The notes: generated by a model not told the origin, from the sequence alone. A stretch of DNA of 64,000 bases from a bacterium (GCA_963674965.2 CAXXFL010000007.1:864001-928000); one strand, 5' to 3'; numbered from the stretch's first letter, positions 48,442 through 59,038 are shown. Numbers and translations are program-made.

Positions 48442-49638
48442 TCAGTCGTTCTCCGGCGCCTTGGACCTGGGCCTGGCCATGGACCAGACGATGGGACTAA
48501 GGGCCAGCAGGATGGCGGAGAAGGCGATGAAGGAAACGGCGTATCCCGCGTATTGGGCAAGGCCTCCCCCCAGGGACGGGCCGATGATGAACCCCGAGGC
48601 CCAGAGCGCGTTGGTCAGCCCGAAGGCCACGCCGTATTGTCCGTCCTTGTCCCTGACGGCGTCGGTGAAAAGAGGAAGAACGGGCGCGAACACCAGGGCC
48701 CAGCCGGCGCCGACCAGGACCATCCAGCATACAAGTATGTACCTGTCCATGATCAGCACGAAGCCGGGCATGGTAAAGGCCGAGACCACCAGCCCCAGGG
48801 CGATGAGTTTCCGCGTTTCCACCTTTTGCGAGAGCCACCCGGCCGCGGGCATGCATATGGCCACGGACCCTCCCACCGCCACCAGGAGCGCGCTGATCCA
48901 GGTGGGAGAAAACCTCAGCTTCTCGTCAAGATATAGGGGCAGTATGGGCTCGATCATGCCGATGAAGGACGCGCCCGCCACGTAAACTATTGACGCCGCC
49001 ACGATCCTCCTGCTGGTGAAGAGGCGGGACAATTCCCCGAGGGGGCTCCCGCCGGCCCTGGTCCACTCCGCCCTGGGAAGGGTCGAGGCCAAGACGCCGC
49101 ATAGAACGCAAAGTCCGGCCATGATGAAAAAGGGGGGATATATCTTGTCCGTCAGGTCCACGAGAGGTCCGCTCAGAAGCGGTCCGATCAGCGTTCCCAC
49201 CTCGCCCGCCGCCATCAGCGTCCCGAACCTCGAGCCCAGGACCTCCCGGGGATAATAGTCCGCCACCAGGGCCATGGCCACGGTCCAGGTGGCGATCCCT
49301 CCCGCGGCGTCAATGACCCTGGCCGCCAGCAGTCCCCAGTAGCCGTCGGCCGCGACTATTCCGACCAGGGCGAGGGCCTTGCAGGCCATGCCCAGGTAGA
49401 TAAAGGGAAGACGCCCTACCCTGTCGGCGAGAGCGCCGAAGGGAATGGGCAGCGCGAGCATGACGCAGCCGTAAACGATATAAAGGGACGACACGTCGAA
49501 GGCGGTAAGGTCCATCTTCTTGACGAAGTGGGGCATGACGGGCACGATGACGCCGTAGCTCGCGGCGTCGACGCAAATGATCAGCGATAGAAGCGCCAGT
49601 GGAAAAAGGGAGGCCCCGTCCTTATCGCCGGCGGTCAC
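48442..49638 (-). CDS. MFS transporter (DHA1-like)
   Basis: GALADRVGR motif A; about 12 TMs. Confidence 0.9.
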   Translation of the reverse strand: MTAGDKDGASLFPLALLSLIICVDAASYGVIVPVMPHFVKKMDLTAFDVSSLYIVYGCVMLALPIPFGALADRVGRLPFIYLGMACKALALVGIVAADGYWGLLAARVIDAAGGIATWTVAMALVADYYPREVLGSRFGTLMAAGEVGTLIGPLLSGPLVDLTDKIYPPFFIMAGLCVLCGVLASTLPRAEWTRAGGSPLGELSRLFTSRRIVAASIVYVAGASFIGMIEPILPLYLDEKLRFSPTWISALLVAVGGSVAICMPAAGWLSQKVETRKLIALGLVVSAFTMPGFVLIMDRYILVCWMVLVGAGWALVFAPVLPLFTDAVRDKDGQYGVAFGLTNALWASGFIIGPSLGGGLAQYAGYAVSFIAFSAILLALSPIVWSMARPRSKAPEND

Positions 49639-49647
49639 GGGAGGTCC

Positions 49648-51069
49648 TCAGCGGTCCACGACCTTCTCGATCAGGCGCGCGGCGTTGCCCTCCAGGATCA
49701 AGCCGACGTCCTTTTCCGAGTATCCCCTCCTTATAAGCTCGGCGGCCAGGTTCTGGTGCATGGACGCGTTCTCGAGTCCTCGCGGCGGCCTGATGCCTCC
49801 GTCGTAATCCGAGCCTATGGCCGCGCAGCCCAGGCCGCCCAACTTGACGATATGGTCGATATGGTTCGCGACGTCGGCGACCGCGGCGGCCCCGCCGGCG
49901 GTGAGGAAGGAGTCGTAGTAGTTGACTCCGATAACCCCGCCCTTCGAACAGACGCCCGCGATGAGGTCGTCCTTTAAATTCCGGTAATGGTTCCGGAGCG
50001 AATAGGCGCAAGAGTGGGAAGCGATAATAGGGTCCGAGCTGAGACGGAGGCAGTCCCGGACCGTCTCGTCCGAGGCGTGGGACACGTCAACAATGACGCC
50101 TAACTCGTTCATGCGGCGAACGACTTCCTCACCGAACCCGGAAAGGCCGCCGTGGCTTTTATTTTTATCCCTGGCCGCGTCGGCGATGGCGTTATGGTGG
50201 TTCCAGGTCAGGGTCACGTATCTCACTCCCCGGGCGTGGAAGTGGTCCAGGTTTTTAATATCCTCGCCGATGGCCTCGCCCCCCTCGATGGCCAGGAAGG
50301 CCGAGACCTTGCCCTCGCCCTTGTTCCGGCGGTAATCGCCCTCCGAGGTCGCCAGGGCCAGGTCGCCGGCGTTGGCCTCGATCATCCAGTCGAAGGCGTC
50401 CATCAGCCGGTTGGCGTAGGAGAAGGCCTCGGAGCGCTTGTCCGTCGGTATCCAGACGGCGAAGAACTGGGCCGTGACTCCGCCGGCCTTCAGGCGAGGC
50501 ATGGTAACCTCGAGCCCGCCGCCCTTGAACAAGCCCACGTCCCGGGCCTGATATAGTTTGGTCACGGTGTCGCAATGGAGGTCTATGACCGGGAATTTCA
50601 TGGCCGCTCCGATTGGATCTCGGTCGGGCGTCTCGGTCAGGGGAGGGGGAGGACCGCCGCCCGATCCGACTATGGTAATAACCAGAATATTGTCGTGCTC
50701 GAGTCCGATGAAGGCGTTGGCCGGGCCGCTGGTCTCGACCACTACCCGGACTATAGGCGTTGGATCGACGGCGTTCTGGGAGGCCCTTACCCTCACCACC
50801 GAGCCGCCGCCGACTTCCTTGGTAAGTCCCTTCTCGACGATGGCGCCCATGAGGTCCACGACGATCTTGTTCTCGCCCGCGTTCACGCGTCTGTACTGGA
50901 AGCCGGCGTTGGCCACGACTCTTATCACGGCGGCGTCGCCCTGGACGGACGCGTAAAGGTCCCTCACCACCGCCGCCTGGTCCTGGCCCATGGCGTTAAA
51001 AGAGATCAGGCCCAGGGTCAGGACGGCGAGAATAATAATCCGCCGCGCCCGGGGAAGCGGTTTTATCAT
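49648..51069 (-). CDS. Secreted AMIN-domain + M19 membrane dipeptidase fusion
   Basis: Signal peptide; KIVVDL...VRASQ...VRVVVE (AMIN-like); Pro linker; DLHCDT, IEGGE, DVSH, ASHS and GSDYDG. Confidence 0.8.
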   Translation of the reverse strand: MIKPLPRARRIIILAVLTLGLISFNAMGQDQAAVVRDLYASVQGDAAVIRVVANAGFQYRRVNAGENKIVVDLMGAIVEKGLTKEVGGGSVVRVRASQNAVDPTPIVRVVVETSGPANAFIGLEHDNILVITIVGSGGGPPPPLTETPDRDPIGAAMKFPVIDLHCDTVTKLYQARDVGLFKGGGLEVTMPRLKAGGVTAQFFAVWIPTDKRSEAFSYANRLMDAFDWMIEANAGDLALATSEGDYRRNKGEGKVSAFLAIEGGEAIGEDIKNLDHFHARGVRYVTLTWNHHNAIADAARDKNKSHGGLSGFGEEVVRRMNELGVIVDVSHASDETVRDCLRLSSDPIIASHSCAYSLRNHYRNLKDDLIAGVCSKGGVIGVNYYDSFLTAGGAAAVADVANHIDHIVKLGGLGCAAIGSDYDGGIRPPRGLENASMHQNLAAELIRRGYSEKDVGLILEGNAARLIEKVVDR

Positions 51070-51070
51070 T

Positions 51071-52156
51071 TTATCTTCCGTAAAACTGGACCTCGGAAAT
51101 GGAGGTGTCGGCGGTGTTCTGGCTGGTTCCCGGCCTCACGTCCAGGATCACGATCCGGACGTAAGTGGTCCGCCTCTCGCCCAGGCTGAAGTACTGGAAG
51201 CGCCGGTCGTCGTCCAGGTTGACCACCATGGTCTCGCCGTTGCTCAGCATGATCCGGGCCCGCCTGACCCGGGGGTTCAGGTAGAACCTGTCGCCGTACT
51301 TGTCGTTTCTGTATTTGTCGTAACCGGGGATGAGACCTATTTCCGCCAGGGTGACCTCGCGGCCGAAGTCGAACTGAATCCACTGGTCGATGCCGTGCCC
51401 GGGAACGCCCTCCGCCCAGCAAGTGTCGCGCCGGCCATCGATGGAGTTGGAGGGCGGATATGAGGAATTGCCGTCGCGGCCAAAGGAACTGGCGTAAACG
51501 TTGGAAGGACTGAGGTAAATCTGGGAATAACCGCCGCTCGGGGAATAAGAGGGATAAAGGGAACCCGAGGCGGACCCTCCCGCGGGGCTGCCCCAAAAGG
51601 AGGCCTCCGAGATCGAGGTGTCCGCGCTGTTCTGGCTCGATCCCGGCCGAGCGTCCAGGATGATAAGTTGGACCGACCTGGTCCGAACGCCCGGCACGGC
51701 GAAGTACTGCATGTTCCTGTCGTCCGAAAAATGAAGCGTATATGAGGAACCGTCGCTGAAAACGACGCGCGCCGTCTGCACGCGGGGATTGAGATAAAAC
51801 CTGTCGCCAAGTTTGTCGTTGACGAACTTGTCGTAGCCGGGAACGAACCCAATTTGCGTAAGGCTCATCTCGCGGCCGAAGTCGAAGGTGATCCATTGGC
51901 CCGACCCGTGACCCGGCACTCCCTCCGCCCAGCAGGTGTCCCGGCGTCCGTCCACCGCCTTGTCCGGCGAGTAGACCAGGTTGCCGCTCGTGCCCCACGA
52001 GCTGGCCGTGACCGAGCCCGGATTAACGTGAATCTGCGGCTGAGATGAATTGGGCGAAAAAGACGGATAAAGGTCCGAAGCGAAAACGGGACCGGCTAAC
52101 GTCAGGACGACCCAAAAAAATAAAGCGGCGGCCGCCGCCGTTTTTGGCTTATACAT
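51071..52156 (-). CDS. Secreted protein with two tandem discoidin-like (glycan-binding) domains
   Basis: Duplicated DGRRDTCWAEGVPGHG.QWI.FDFGRE...DTSISE domains; signal peptide. Confidence 0.8.
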   Translation of the reverse strand: MYKPKTAAAAALFFWVVLTLAGPVFASDLYPSFSPNSSQPQIHVNPGSVTASSWGTSGNLVYSPDKAVDGRRDTCWAEGVPGHGSGQWITFDFGREMSLTQIGFVPGYDKFVNDKLGDRFYLNPRVQTARVVFSDGSSYTLHFSDDRNMQYFAVPGVRTRSVQLIILDARPGSSQNSADTSISEASFWGSPAGGSASGSLYPSYSPSGGYSQIYLSPSNVYASSFGRDGNSSYPPSNSIDGRRDTCWAEGVPGHGIDQWIQFDFGREVTLAEIGLIPGYDKYRNDKYGDRFYLNPRVRRARIMLSNGETMVVNLDDDRRFQYFSLGERRTTYVRIVILDVRPGTSQNTADTSISEVQFYGR

Positions 52157-52294
52157 TTATTTCCCTCCCCGTGGCAATTCCGATCTATTCATCATGATTA
52201 TAGCGTCGATTGGCGGACAATTCCCGCCGAAGCGAAAGGTCCCGCTAAAAACCGGACGTTTTTGTCGGTGATCGAAGCGGCTGAGATATCGAGC

Positions 52295-53155
52295 CTATGA
52301 TCGTATCTTTCCCAGATGGGCCCTGCCGTTTTTGATCACCTCGGACCCCGCGTGAGTAAAGGCCTCGAGGCCGGCAAGCTCTCCCTTCTTAATCCACCAC
52401 GACCTGATGGATATCTCGTCTCCCGGACATACGGGCCTGGAAAAGCGGACGGACAGTCTCTTGATCCCCGCGGGGTCTCCGTCCGCCAGGCCGTTTACCG
52501 CGGCCTTATGGCAAAAGGCCATGGTGCAAAGTCCTTGCAGGATTATGCCCCCGAGTCCCACCTTCCTTGCGAACTCCTCGTTTAAGTGGATGGGGTTGTG
52601 GTCGCCCGAGGGCTCGGCGTAGGCGTGGCTCTGGCCGGGAAGGACCTTTTCCGATGACTGAAAGGCCAACTCGCTTTTGTCCTCCTCCGGCTCGGGCGCC
52701 TTGGATTTCCTCTCGAGCCTTCCGTAACCGCGAACGAAAAAGGAAGAAGTCTGGCGACAGACGACGTCCGTTTCCTCCGCCAGGCGTGAAGTGGTCTCGA
52801 CCACCAGCAACTCGCCGCTTCCCTTGTCGATTATGTCGCTGATTCTCACGGTCGTTTGGATTTTATCTCCCGGCCTTACGGCCTTGAACCATTCCATGTC
52901 CTGTTCGCCGTGGACCAAGAAGGGCATGAAACCCTCGCCGACCTCCTTGTCGAAAAAGACCATGCCCACCGCGGAGCCTCCGTAATGGACCGCGTACATG
53001 GGTGGAGCGACAATGCCTCCGTCCCTCGAGCCGTCCACGTACCAGGGGTTCCAGTCGTTGGTGGCCAGGGCGTAGTAAACGGTCTCATGCTTTTTAATCT
53101 CGAATTGGATGGGGCCGTATTCTTTTCCGATGACGGCCTTGTTCAGTTCGGGCAT
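52295..53155 (-). CDS. Double hot-dog MaoC-family (R)-specific enoyl-CoA hydratase
   Basis: LVHGEQ, hydratase-2 motif SGDHNPIH and RFSRPV. Confidence 0.85.
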   Translation of the reverse strand: MPELNKAVIGKEYGPIQFEIKKHETVYYALATNDWNPWYVDGSRDGGIVAPPMYAVHYGGSAVGMVFFDKEVGEGFMPFLVHGEQDMEWFKAVRPGDKIQTTVRISDIIDKGSGELLVVETTSRLAEETDVVCRQTSSFFVRGYGRLERKSKAPEPEEDKSELAFQSSEKVLPGQSHAYAEPSGDHNPIHLNEEFARKVGLGGIILQGLCTMAFCHKAAVNGLADGDPAGIKRLSVRFSRPVCPGDEISIRSWWIKKGELAGLEAFTHAGSEVIKNGRAHLGKIRS

Positions 53156-53194
53156 TTCGCTCTCCCGGGTCGAAGCCGATCTTGCCGGCCCCTA

Positions 53195-54073
53195 TTATTC
53201 AGTGGTTTTTGCAAAGACCCGATCGGCCATGTAGCTCGAGCGGACCAGGGGCCCGGCAAATACGGTTAACCCCAGCCGCTCTCCCCACTCCCTCATCTCG
53301 TCGTATTCCTCGGGCAGCCAGTAGCGCTCGGGCTTTATACTGTTCCTCGTCGGCTGGAGGTATTGCCCGATGGTCAAGACTTCGCATCCGGCCTCGGCCA
53401 GGTCCATCATCACCTGGATGACCTCCTCCTTATCCTCGCCGAGACCCACCATCATTCCGCTCTTCACGACCACCCCCGAGCCGTCCTCCCCGGCCAGGCT
53501 CGAGGCCGCGGCCAGCACCGCCAATGATCTGCGATAATCCGCTCGCGGCCGGACGGCCGGATAAAGACGGGGGGCCGTCTCGACGTTGTGGTTGAAAACG
53601 TCGGGACCGGCCTCGAGCACGGTCCTTACCGAGGCCGTCTTGCCCTGAAAATCAGGCGTCAGGACCTCGACCCTCGAGTCGGGCAAACGCTTCCCGACGG
53701 CCCGAATCACCTCGGCGAAATGGCCCGCGCCGCCGTCGGCCAGGTCGTCCCTCGTCACCGAGGTGACCACCACGTACTTGAGCCCAAGGTCATGCGCCGC
53801 CCGAGCGACCTCCTCCGGCTCGCGAGGGTCCACAACCCCCGGCGAACCCGTCTCGACCGCGCAAAAACGGCAACCCCTCGCGCAAAGATGACCCATGATC
53901 ATGAAAGCGGCCGCGGGCCGCGAGAAGCACTCCGCCATGTTCGGACAGCGGGCCGACTCGCATACCGTGTGCAGCCGGGACTTTCTGAGGCGGACCTTCA
54001 ACTCCCTGATCTCCTCCCTGGTCCCGCGAGGGTTTCGCAGGAAGTCGGGCAGTCTTTCCCGATCGGAACTCAT
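53195..54073 (-). CDS. lipA: Lipoyl synthase
   Basis: CESARCPNMAEC, CARGCRFC, VTSVTRDDL, FNHNVET and VRSSY motifs. Confidence 0.95.
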   Translation of the reverse strand: MSSDRERLPDFLRNPRGTREEIRELKVRLRKSRLHTVCESARCPNMAECFSRPAAAFMIMGHLCARGCRFCAVETGSPGVVDPREPEEVARAAHDLGLKYVVVTSVTRDDLADGGAGHFAEVIRAVGKRLPDSRVEVLTPDFQGKTASVRTVLEAGPDVFNHNVETAPRLYPAVRPRADYRRSLAVLAAASSLAGEDGSGVVVKSGMMVGLGEDKEEVIQVMMDLAEAGCEVLTIGQYLQPTRNSIKPERYWLPEEYDEMREWGERLGLTVFAGPLVRSSYMADRVFAKTTE

Positions 54074-54215
54074 ATACTGGATTCTATGGCCGGAACGCGT
54101 CACATGCAAGAAGAAGCGGTCAGGCGAGCGCCTCGAGCGTCCGCGGACGACCTCGATTCCCGCGCCTTTTAATCTCCGGCCACTTTGCTATTATCAAACG
54201 GATGGAGAGCGGGAA

Positions 54216-54857
54216 ATGAGCGGCCTCGAGCTTTTCGGATTCCTGGTCTCGATAGTCAGCCTCTCCCTCACGGGGATACTCATGCCCGGACCGGTCACGG
54301 CCGTTACCATGGCCCGAGGCGCCCATAGTCCCCACGCGGGGGCCTGGGTGGCCATCGGGCACGGCGTGCTCGAGCTGCCCCTCATGGCGTTCATATACTT
54401 TTTCTCCGGGGCCATATTCCACCTGGCCTCCGTCAAGGTAGGCATCGGAGTGGTGGGCGGCCTGCTTCTTCTTTGGATGGCGGTGGGCATGCTGCGGGAC
54501 TACGACAAGGTGGGCGCGCCCGGCGAGGAGGTCTACTCCGGCAGGTTCACCAAGTCTCCCTTCATGGCCGGGATATTCCTCTCCGCCGGCAACCCTTACT
54601 TCCTGGTGTGGTGGGCCACGGTGGGGGCGGCACTTATCGGGAAGTCCCTGGCCATGGGCGTTGTCGGGTTCGTCGTGCTGGCCGCTGTCCACTGGCTATG
54701 CGATTTTATCTGGTACTATTTCCTCTCGGCCCTTTCCTTCTCGGGCGGGAAATTTTTCGGCCAAAAGCTCCAGCGGGGAGTGTTTATCGTTTGCGGCCTG
54801 GCCCTTCTTTATTTTTCGGGCTCCTTTTTAATGGGCGCCATCTTTACCTTGTCCTAG
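54216..54857 (+). CDS. LysE-family transporter
   Basis: MPGPVT, GHGVLE and GNPYFLVWW motifs. Confidence 0.85.
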   Translation: MSGLELFGFLVSIVSLSLTGILMPGPVTAVTMARGAHSPHAGAWVAIGHGVLELPLMAFIYFFSGAIFHLASVKVGIGVVGGLLLLWMAVGMLRDYDKVGAPGEEVYSGRFTKSPFMAGIFLSAGNPYFLVWWATVGAALIGKSLAMGVVGFVVLAAVHWLCDFIWYYFLSALSFSGGKFFGQKLQRGVFIVCGLALLYFSGSFLMGAIFTLS

Positions 54858-54919
54858 TTCCCGTGATATAAATTCAAGTCGCCGCCGGACCGAATTTCCG
54901 GCCAAGGTCGCGACCGCCC

Positions 54920-55852
54920 ATGAAGTACTTCATAAAAAGGATACTCCTCAGCCTGCCCGTCGCCTTCGGCGTCCTGGTCCTGGTGTTTCTTCTGATCCAT
55001 CTGGCCCCGGGTGACCCCGTGGACGTGATGCTGGGTGACCAGGCCTCGTCGGCGGACAGGGAGCAGCTTCGTAACGACCTTCATTTGAACGACCCTCTAT
55101 TATTGCAGTTCGGTATTTTTATGAGGGAACTTTTCACGGGAGAGCTTAAGTCCTTATTCTCGGGCAAGCCCGTCATGGAAAGCGTTTTCAGCCGGCTTTG
55201 GGCCACGGTCCAACTTGCCCTGGCGGCCCTCGCCGTCAGCCTGGCCATCTCCATTCCAATGGGGGTGGTCGCGGCGATCAAGCGGGGCACGGGCGTCGAC
55301 CACGCGGCCATGGGCTTTTCCCTCTTGGGCGTGAGCATGCCCACCTTCTGGCTGGGCCCGATGCTGATCCTGGTTTTCTCGATCAAGCTCGGCTGGACAC
55401 CGGTGTCGGGCCAGGCCGGCATAAGTCATATAATCCTTCCCGCCCTGACCCTCGGCGCGGGCATGGCCGCCATCGTGAGCCGGATGATACGGAGCAGCCT
55501 GCTCGAGGCCATGGATGAGGACTTCATCAGGACGGCTCGGGCCAAGGGACTTTCCGAGTGGGCCGTGGTCACGCGGCACGGGCTTCGCAACGCCTTGATA
55601 CCCGTCATCACGGTGGTGGGTCTTCAGGCGGGGGCGCTTTTATCGGGGGCCATCATCACCGAGACCATATTCGTCTGGCCGGGGATAGGAAGGTTGCTCA
55701 TCGAGGCCATTAACTCGCGCGACTTCCCTCTCGTGCAGGGGGCCGTTTTGGTCATCGCCATGTCCTACGTGATCATCAACCTTATTACCGACCTCCTCTA
55801 CGCCGCCTTCGATCCGCGCGTAAGGCTTTCCGGGACCGGCAATGCGCGATGA
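54920..55852 (+). CDS. Peptide/nickel ABC transporter permease (DppB-like)
   Basis: APGDPV, SMPTFW and EAA motif TARAKGL. Confidence 0.92.
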   Translation: MKYFIKRILLSLPVAFGVLVLVFLLIHLAPGDPVDVMLGDQASSADREQLRNDLHLNDPLLLQFGIFMRELFTGELKSLFSGKPVMESVFSRLWATVQLALAALAVSLAISIPMGVVAAIKRGTGVDHAAMGFSLLGVSMPTFWLGPMLILVFSIKLGWTPVSGQAGISHIILPALTLGAGMAAIVSRMIRSSLLEAMDEDFIRTARAKGLSEWAVVTRHGLRNALIPVITVVGLQAGALLSGAIITETIFVWPGIGRLLIEAINSRDFPLVQGAVLVIAMSYVIINLITDLLYAAFDPRVRLSGTGNAR

Positions 55853-56657
55853 AGTCGGTATCCGCGGCAAGGCGGCCGCCTGGCTCGGGGCCTTTATCGT
55901 GGCCGCGCTCCTTGTCACGGCGGCGGGCGCGTCGTACATCTCCCCTTTCCCTCCGGACGAGATGCGACTTTGCGAGGGCCCTTCCGGCTTGAGCCTGGAC
56001 CACCCCCTGGGCATGGACAAGCACGGGAGGGACGTTCTCTCGCGCCTGATATACGGATCGCGCGTGTCCGTGATAGTGGGCGCGGGCACGGTGGCCCTTT
56101 CGGTCGTGATCGGTTTCCTTCTCGGGGCCACGGCCGGCCTGCGGGGAGGGCTTTGGGACCAACTGGTCATGCGGGTGGTGGACGTGCTGTTGGCTTTTCC
56201 CGGCATACTTTTAGCCATCGCCCTGACGGCCATCACCGGCCCGAGCGTGACCAACGTTATTATCGCCCTTTCAGCCAGGGGATGGGTGGCCTACGCCCGC
56301 CTCGCGCGGGGCCAGGTACTGGTCGAGCGGGAAAAGGGCTACGTCGAGGCGGCCAGGTCCATCGGGGCGTCGACTCCCAGGATAGTGCTCGCCCACCTTT
56401 TGCCCAACGTGACCGCGCCGGTGGTGGTGCAGGCGACCTTCGGCATGGCGGGCGCCATCCTGGCCGAGGCTTCCCTTTCCTTCCTGGGTCTCGGGCCGCA
56501 GGGCGTTCCCTCCTGGGGGGCAATGCTCAACGACGGCACGTCTTTTTTAAGGACCGCCCCTCACCTGGCGATCGTTCCCGGCCTCGCCATCATGGCCACG
56601 GTGATGGCCTTTAACTTCCTGGGCGACGCGCTAAGGGACCGATTAGCCGGGAACTGA
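55842..56657 (+). CDS. Peptide/nickel ABC transporter permease (DppC-like)
   Basis: GRDVLSRLIYG, YVEAARSIGA and NFLGDALRD motifs. Confidence 0.92.
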   Translation: MRDEVGIRGKAAAWLGAFIVAALLVTAAGASYISPFPPDEMRLCEGPSGLSLDHPLGMDKHGRDVLSRLIYGSRVSVIVGAGTVALSVVIGFLLGATAGLRGGLWDQLVMRVVDVLLAFPGILLAIALTAITGPSVTNVIIALSARGWVAYARLARGQVLVEREKGYVEAARSIGASTPRIVLAHLLPNVTAPVVVQATFGMAGAILAEASLSFLGLGPQGVPSWGAMLNDGTSFLRTAPHLAIVPGLAIMATVMAFNFLGDALRDRLAGN

Positions 56658-56781
56658 CCGCCGATCGGGAGTCGGGGATGAGAATGACGGTAATCGCTGT
56701 TACCATAGTTTGCGGGGACGGGCATGAAAATATTCGATTCAATACCGCTCGCGAGACGCTTATTCTTCCAGGAGGGACGGC

Positions 56782-57324
56782 GTGACTGAGGGAAGACCCG
56801 CCGCTATCGGCTCGGCCATCGACCTGAAGCTTACGGCTATCGAGATAATCGAGCTGGCCATATGGATCGAGCGCAAGGGCGTCGAGTTCTACCGCTTCCT
56901 TTCCGAGGAAATGGAGGAAGCGGACATGCGCTCTTTTTTTCTTCGCCTCATGGGAATGGAAATGCGCCACGAGTCCAGGCTGAGGTCCGCCCTCAAAGAT
57001 TTTCCTCAAAGGGAGGAAATAAAATCCGGGTTTGACGAGGGCATGAGCGACCGGGAGTATTTTCTCAGACTGAAAACGCTGGCGGGCGCCAAGGTATTTC
57101 CCGAGGGTTTTAATATCCTTCTCGAGATGGAGGATTACAAGGAACCGGAGGACGCTCTTCCCATGGCGCTCGAGATCGAGGAAAACACGCGAAGACTGTA
57201 TGGCGTTCTCTCGGGGTTCGAGCTCCCGGCCGAGGTCGCGAGCCTGGTTCGAGACCTGATCCGCGACGAGGGGGAACACGTATCCGAGATTAAAGGGATC
57301 ATCGGCCCCGCGGCGAAAAAGTGA
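56782..57324 (+). CDS. Ferritin-like (rubrerythrin-family) protein
   Basis: AIWIERKGVEFY, EMRH, ALEIE and DEGEH di-iron ligand pattern. Confidence 0.8.
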   Translation: MTEGRPAAIGSAIDLKLTAIEIIELAIWIERKGVEFYRFLSEEMEEADMRSFFLRLMGMEMRHESRLRSALKDFPQREEIKSGFDEGMSDREYFLRLKTLAGAKVFPEGFNILLEMEDYKEPEDALPMALEIEENTRRLYGVLSGFELPAEVASLVRDLIRDEGEHVSEIKGIIGPAAKK

Positions 57325-57365
57325 GAGCACTCAAGACCGGGGCCGGGAAAGGAGATGGACCCAAG

Positions 57366-58130
57366 ATGACGAATAAAGGCGTCCTGGAGAGGTTCAAAGA
57401 CAAGATGGAAACAATCCTCCAGGAGAAGGGATTGGCGGACGCGAGCGTTACGGTCCTGGCCAAGCCCCTTACCCCGGAGGAGGCGATCGGCGAGCCGGGG
57501 CGGCGGGATTTTCCCATCCTCAAGGGCAAGGAAAGGCTCATCGAGGCCGAGGTCCTCGGCTCGAGGGGACAGGCCTTCACCGATACCGCCCGGGACTTTA
57601 TTGGAACGCTGGCCGACGTCATGGCCCTTCCCCTGGACTCGAACGGAAGCCGCGCCGTTTTTCTGGCGGCCATGAACGCGGCCCTGGCCCATCTGGGCAT
57701 GGTTCGGGGTACCCTCCACTGCAAGAACGAGGACCCCGAGGAGTGCGGCGCGGCTATTGCCTCGGAAATCCTCGCCGCGAGCGGCAAGGTCAAGGTCGGC
57801 CTGATCGGATTCAATCCCGCCATGGGCCAGAGGCTGATCGAGACCTTTGGGGCCGGCTCCATGGCCATCTCCGATCTCAGCCCCGACGTGGTGGGCCAGG
57901 AAAGGTTCGGAGTGAAAATCCAGGACGGACTGGCCGCGAACGACGCCCTGGTCGAGGGCTCGGACGTGATCGTCATGAGCGGGACCACCATGGTCAACGA
58001 CACCTTCGATCCCATCATGGACAAGATCGAGGCCCTGGGAAAGGATTATTTCGTGTTCGGCGTAACCACGGCCGGACCGGCGGCCATCCTGGGCTTTCGT
58101 AGAATCTGCCCCAAGGCCAGGGAGGGCTGA
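57366..58130 (+). CDS. DUF364-like Rossmann-fold protein
   Basis: LTPEEAIG, GQAFTD, GTLHC and SGTTMVN motifs. Confidence 0.7.
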   Translation: MTNKGVLERFKDKMETILQEKGLADASVTVLAKPLTPEEAIGEPGRRDFPILKGKERLIEAEVLGSRGQAFTDTARDFIGTLADVMALPLDSNGSRAVFLAAMNAALAHLGMVRGTLHCKNEDPEECGAAIASEILAASGKVKVGLIGFNPAMGQRLIETFGAGSMAISDLSPDVVGQERFGVKIQDGLAANDALVEGSDVIVMSGTTMVNDTFDPIMDKIEALGKDYFVFGVTTAGPAAILGFRRICPKAREG

Positions 58131-58171
58131 TACTCCAAGTTTCTCTCGAACGAAAAGCCCGTCCTTTTTCC

Positions 58172-59038
58172 TTACCCCGAGCGTCCGGCGTAATCGTCCA
58201 GCTTTTCCGAAAAGGAAGGCTCCTCGGTCTTGTAGAAGAGTCCGAGGAAAAGCTCGTCGTCCATGGCCCTCTCGACGGCCATGTGATAGTCGGCGTAGTC
58301 GTGCCTTTTGGGAAGTGGCATGACCAGTTCCTCGAGCCTGGGGTAGAGGTAGTTGACCTTGTCGAAGGTCACGCAGGGGCTGAGTACGTGGACGAAGCTG
58401 AAGCCCTTGTGGAGGATGGCCTCGCGCATGATCACCCTCAGGTCCTTGGGTCTTCCCGCGAACCCCCTGGCCACGAAGGTCGCGCCGGCGGCGAGCACGG
58501 TCATAAGCGGCTTCAGGGGCCGGTCGGGACTTCCGTAGGGATGGGAGTTGGTAACCTGCGCCGCGGGGGTGGTGGGTGAGGTCTGGCCCTTGGTAAGCCC
58601 GTAGATTCCGTTGTCGAAAAGCACGCAGGTGATATCCACGTTGCGCCTGGCCGCGTGAGGCAGGTGGCCGGCGCCTATGCCCAGGCAGTCTCCGTCCCCG
58701 GTCACGGCCAGGACGGTAAGATCGGGCCTGGCCACCTTGGCGCCCGTGGCGACGGGCAACGCCCTACCATGGAGAGCGTGTATGCCGTATCCCCTGACGA
58801 AGAAGGGATAGCGGCCGGTGCATCCAATGCCGGAGACCACGACCAGCTCGTGGGTCTTGACGCCGAGGTCTTTCATGGCGCCGACGATGGCGGTCTGGAT
58901 GCCGAAGTATCCGCATCCCGGGCACCACACGGGCAGTCGCTTGCTCCGATAGTCCAGTACTCCCTTTTCCTTGACGGCCTTGATCTCCTCGTCAAGGTAG
59001 AAAACCTCGGGGACTTTTTCCGTTTTAATGTCGTTCAT
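58172..59038 (-). CDS. korB: 2-oxoacid:ferredoxin oxidoreductase beta subunit
   Basis: WCPGCG, SGIGC, HGRALP, GDGD and YGLTKGQTSPT motifs. Substrate not determinable. Confidence 0.88.
   Translation of the reverse strand: MNDIKTEKVPEVFYLDEEIKAVKEKGVLDYRSKRLPVWCPGCGYFGIQTAIVGAMKDLGVKTHELVVVSGIGCTGRYPFFVRGYGIHALHGRALPVATGAKVARPDLTVLAVTGDGDCLGIGAGHLPHAARRNVDITCVLFDNGIYGLTKGQTSPTTPAAQVTNSHPYGSPDRPLKPLMTVLAAGATFVARGFAGRPKDLRVIMREAILHKGFSFVHVLSPCVTFDKVNYLYPRLEELVMPLPKRHDYADYHMAVERAMDDELFLGLFYKTEEPSFSEKLDDYAGRSG

Noticed and set aside
54920-56657. ABC permeases without ATPase or binding protein as a novel system
   Set aside because: Split dpp/opp loci are common, and the partners are probably elsewhere in the genome.
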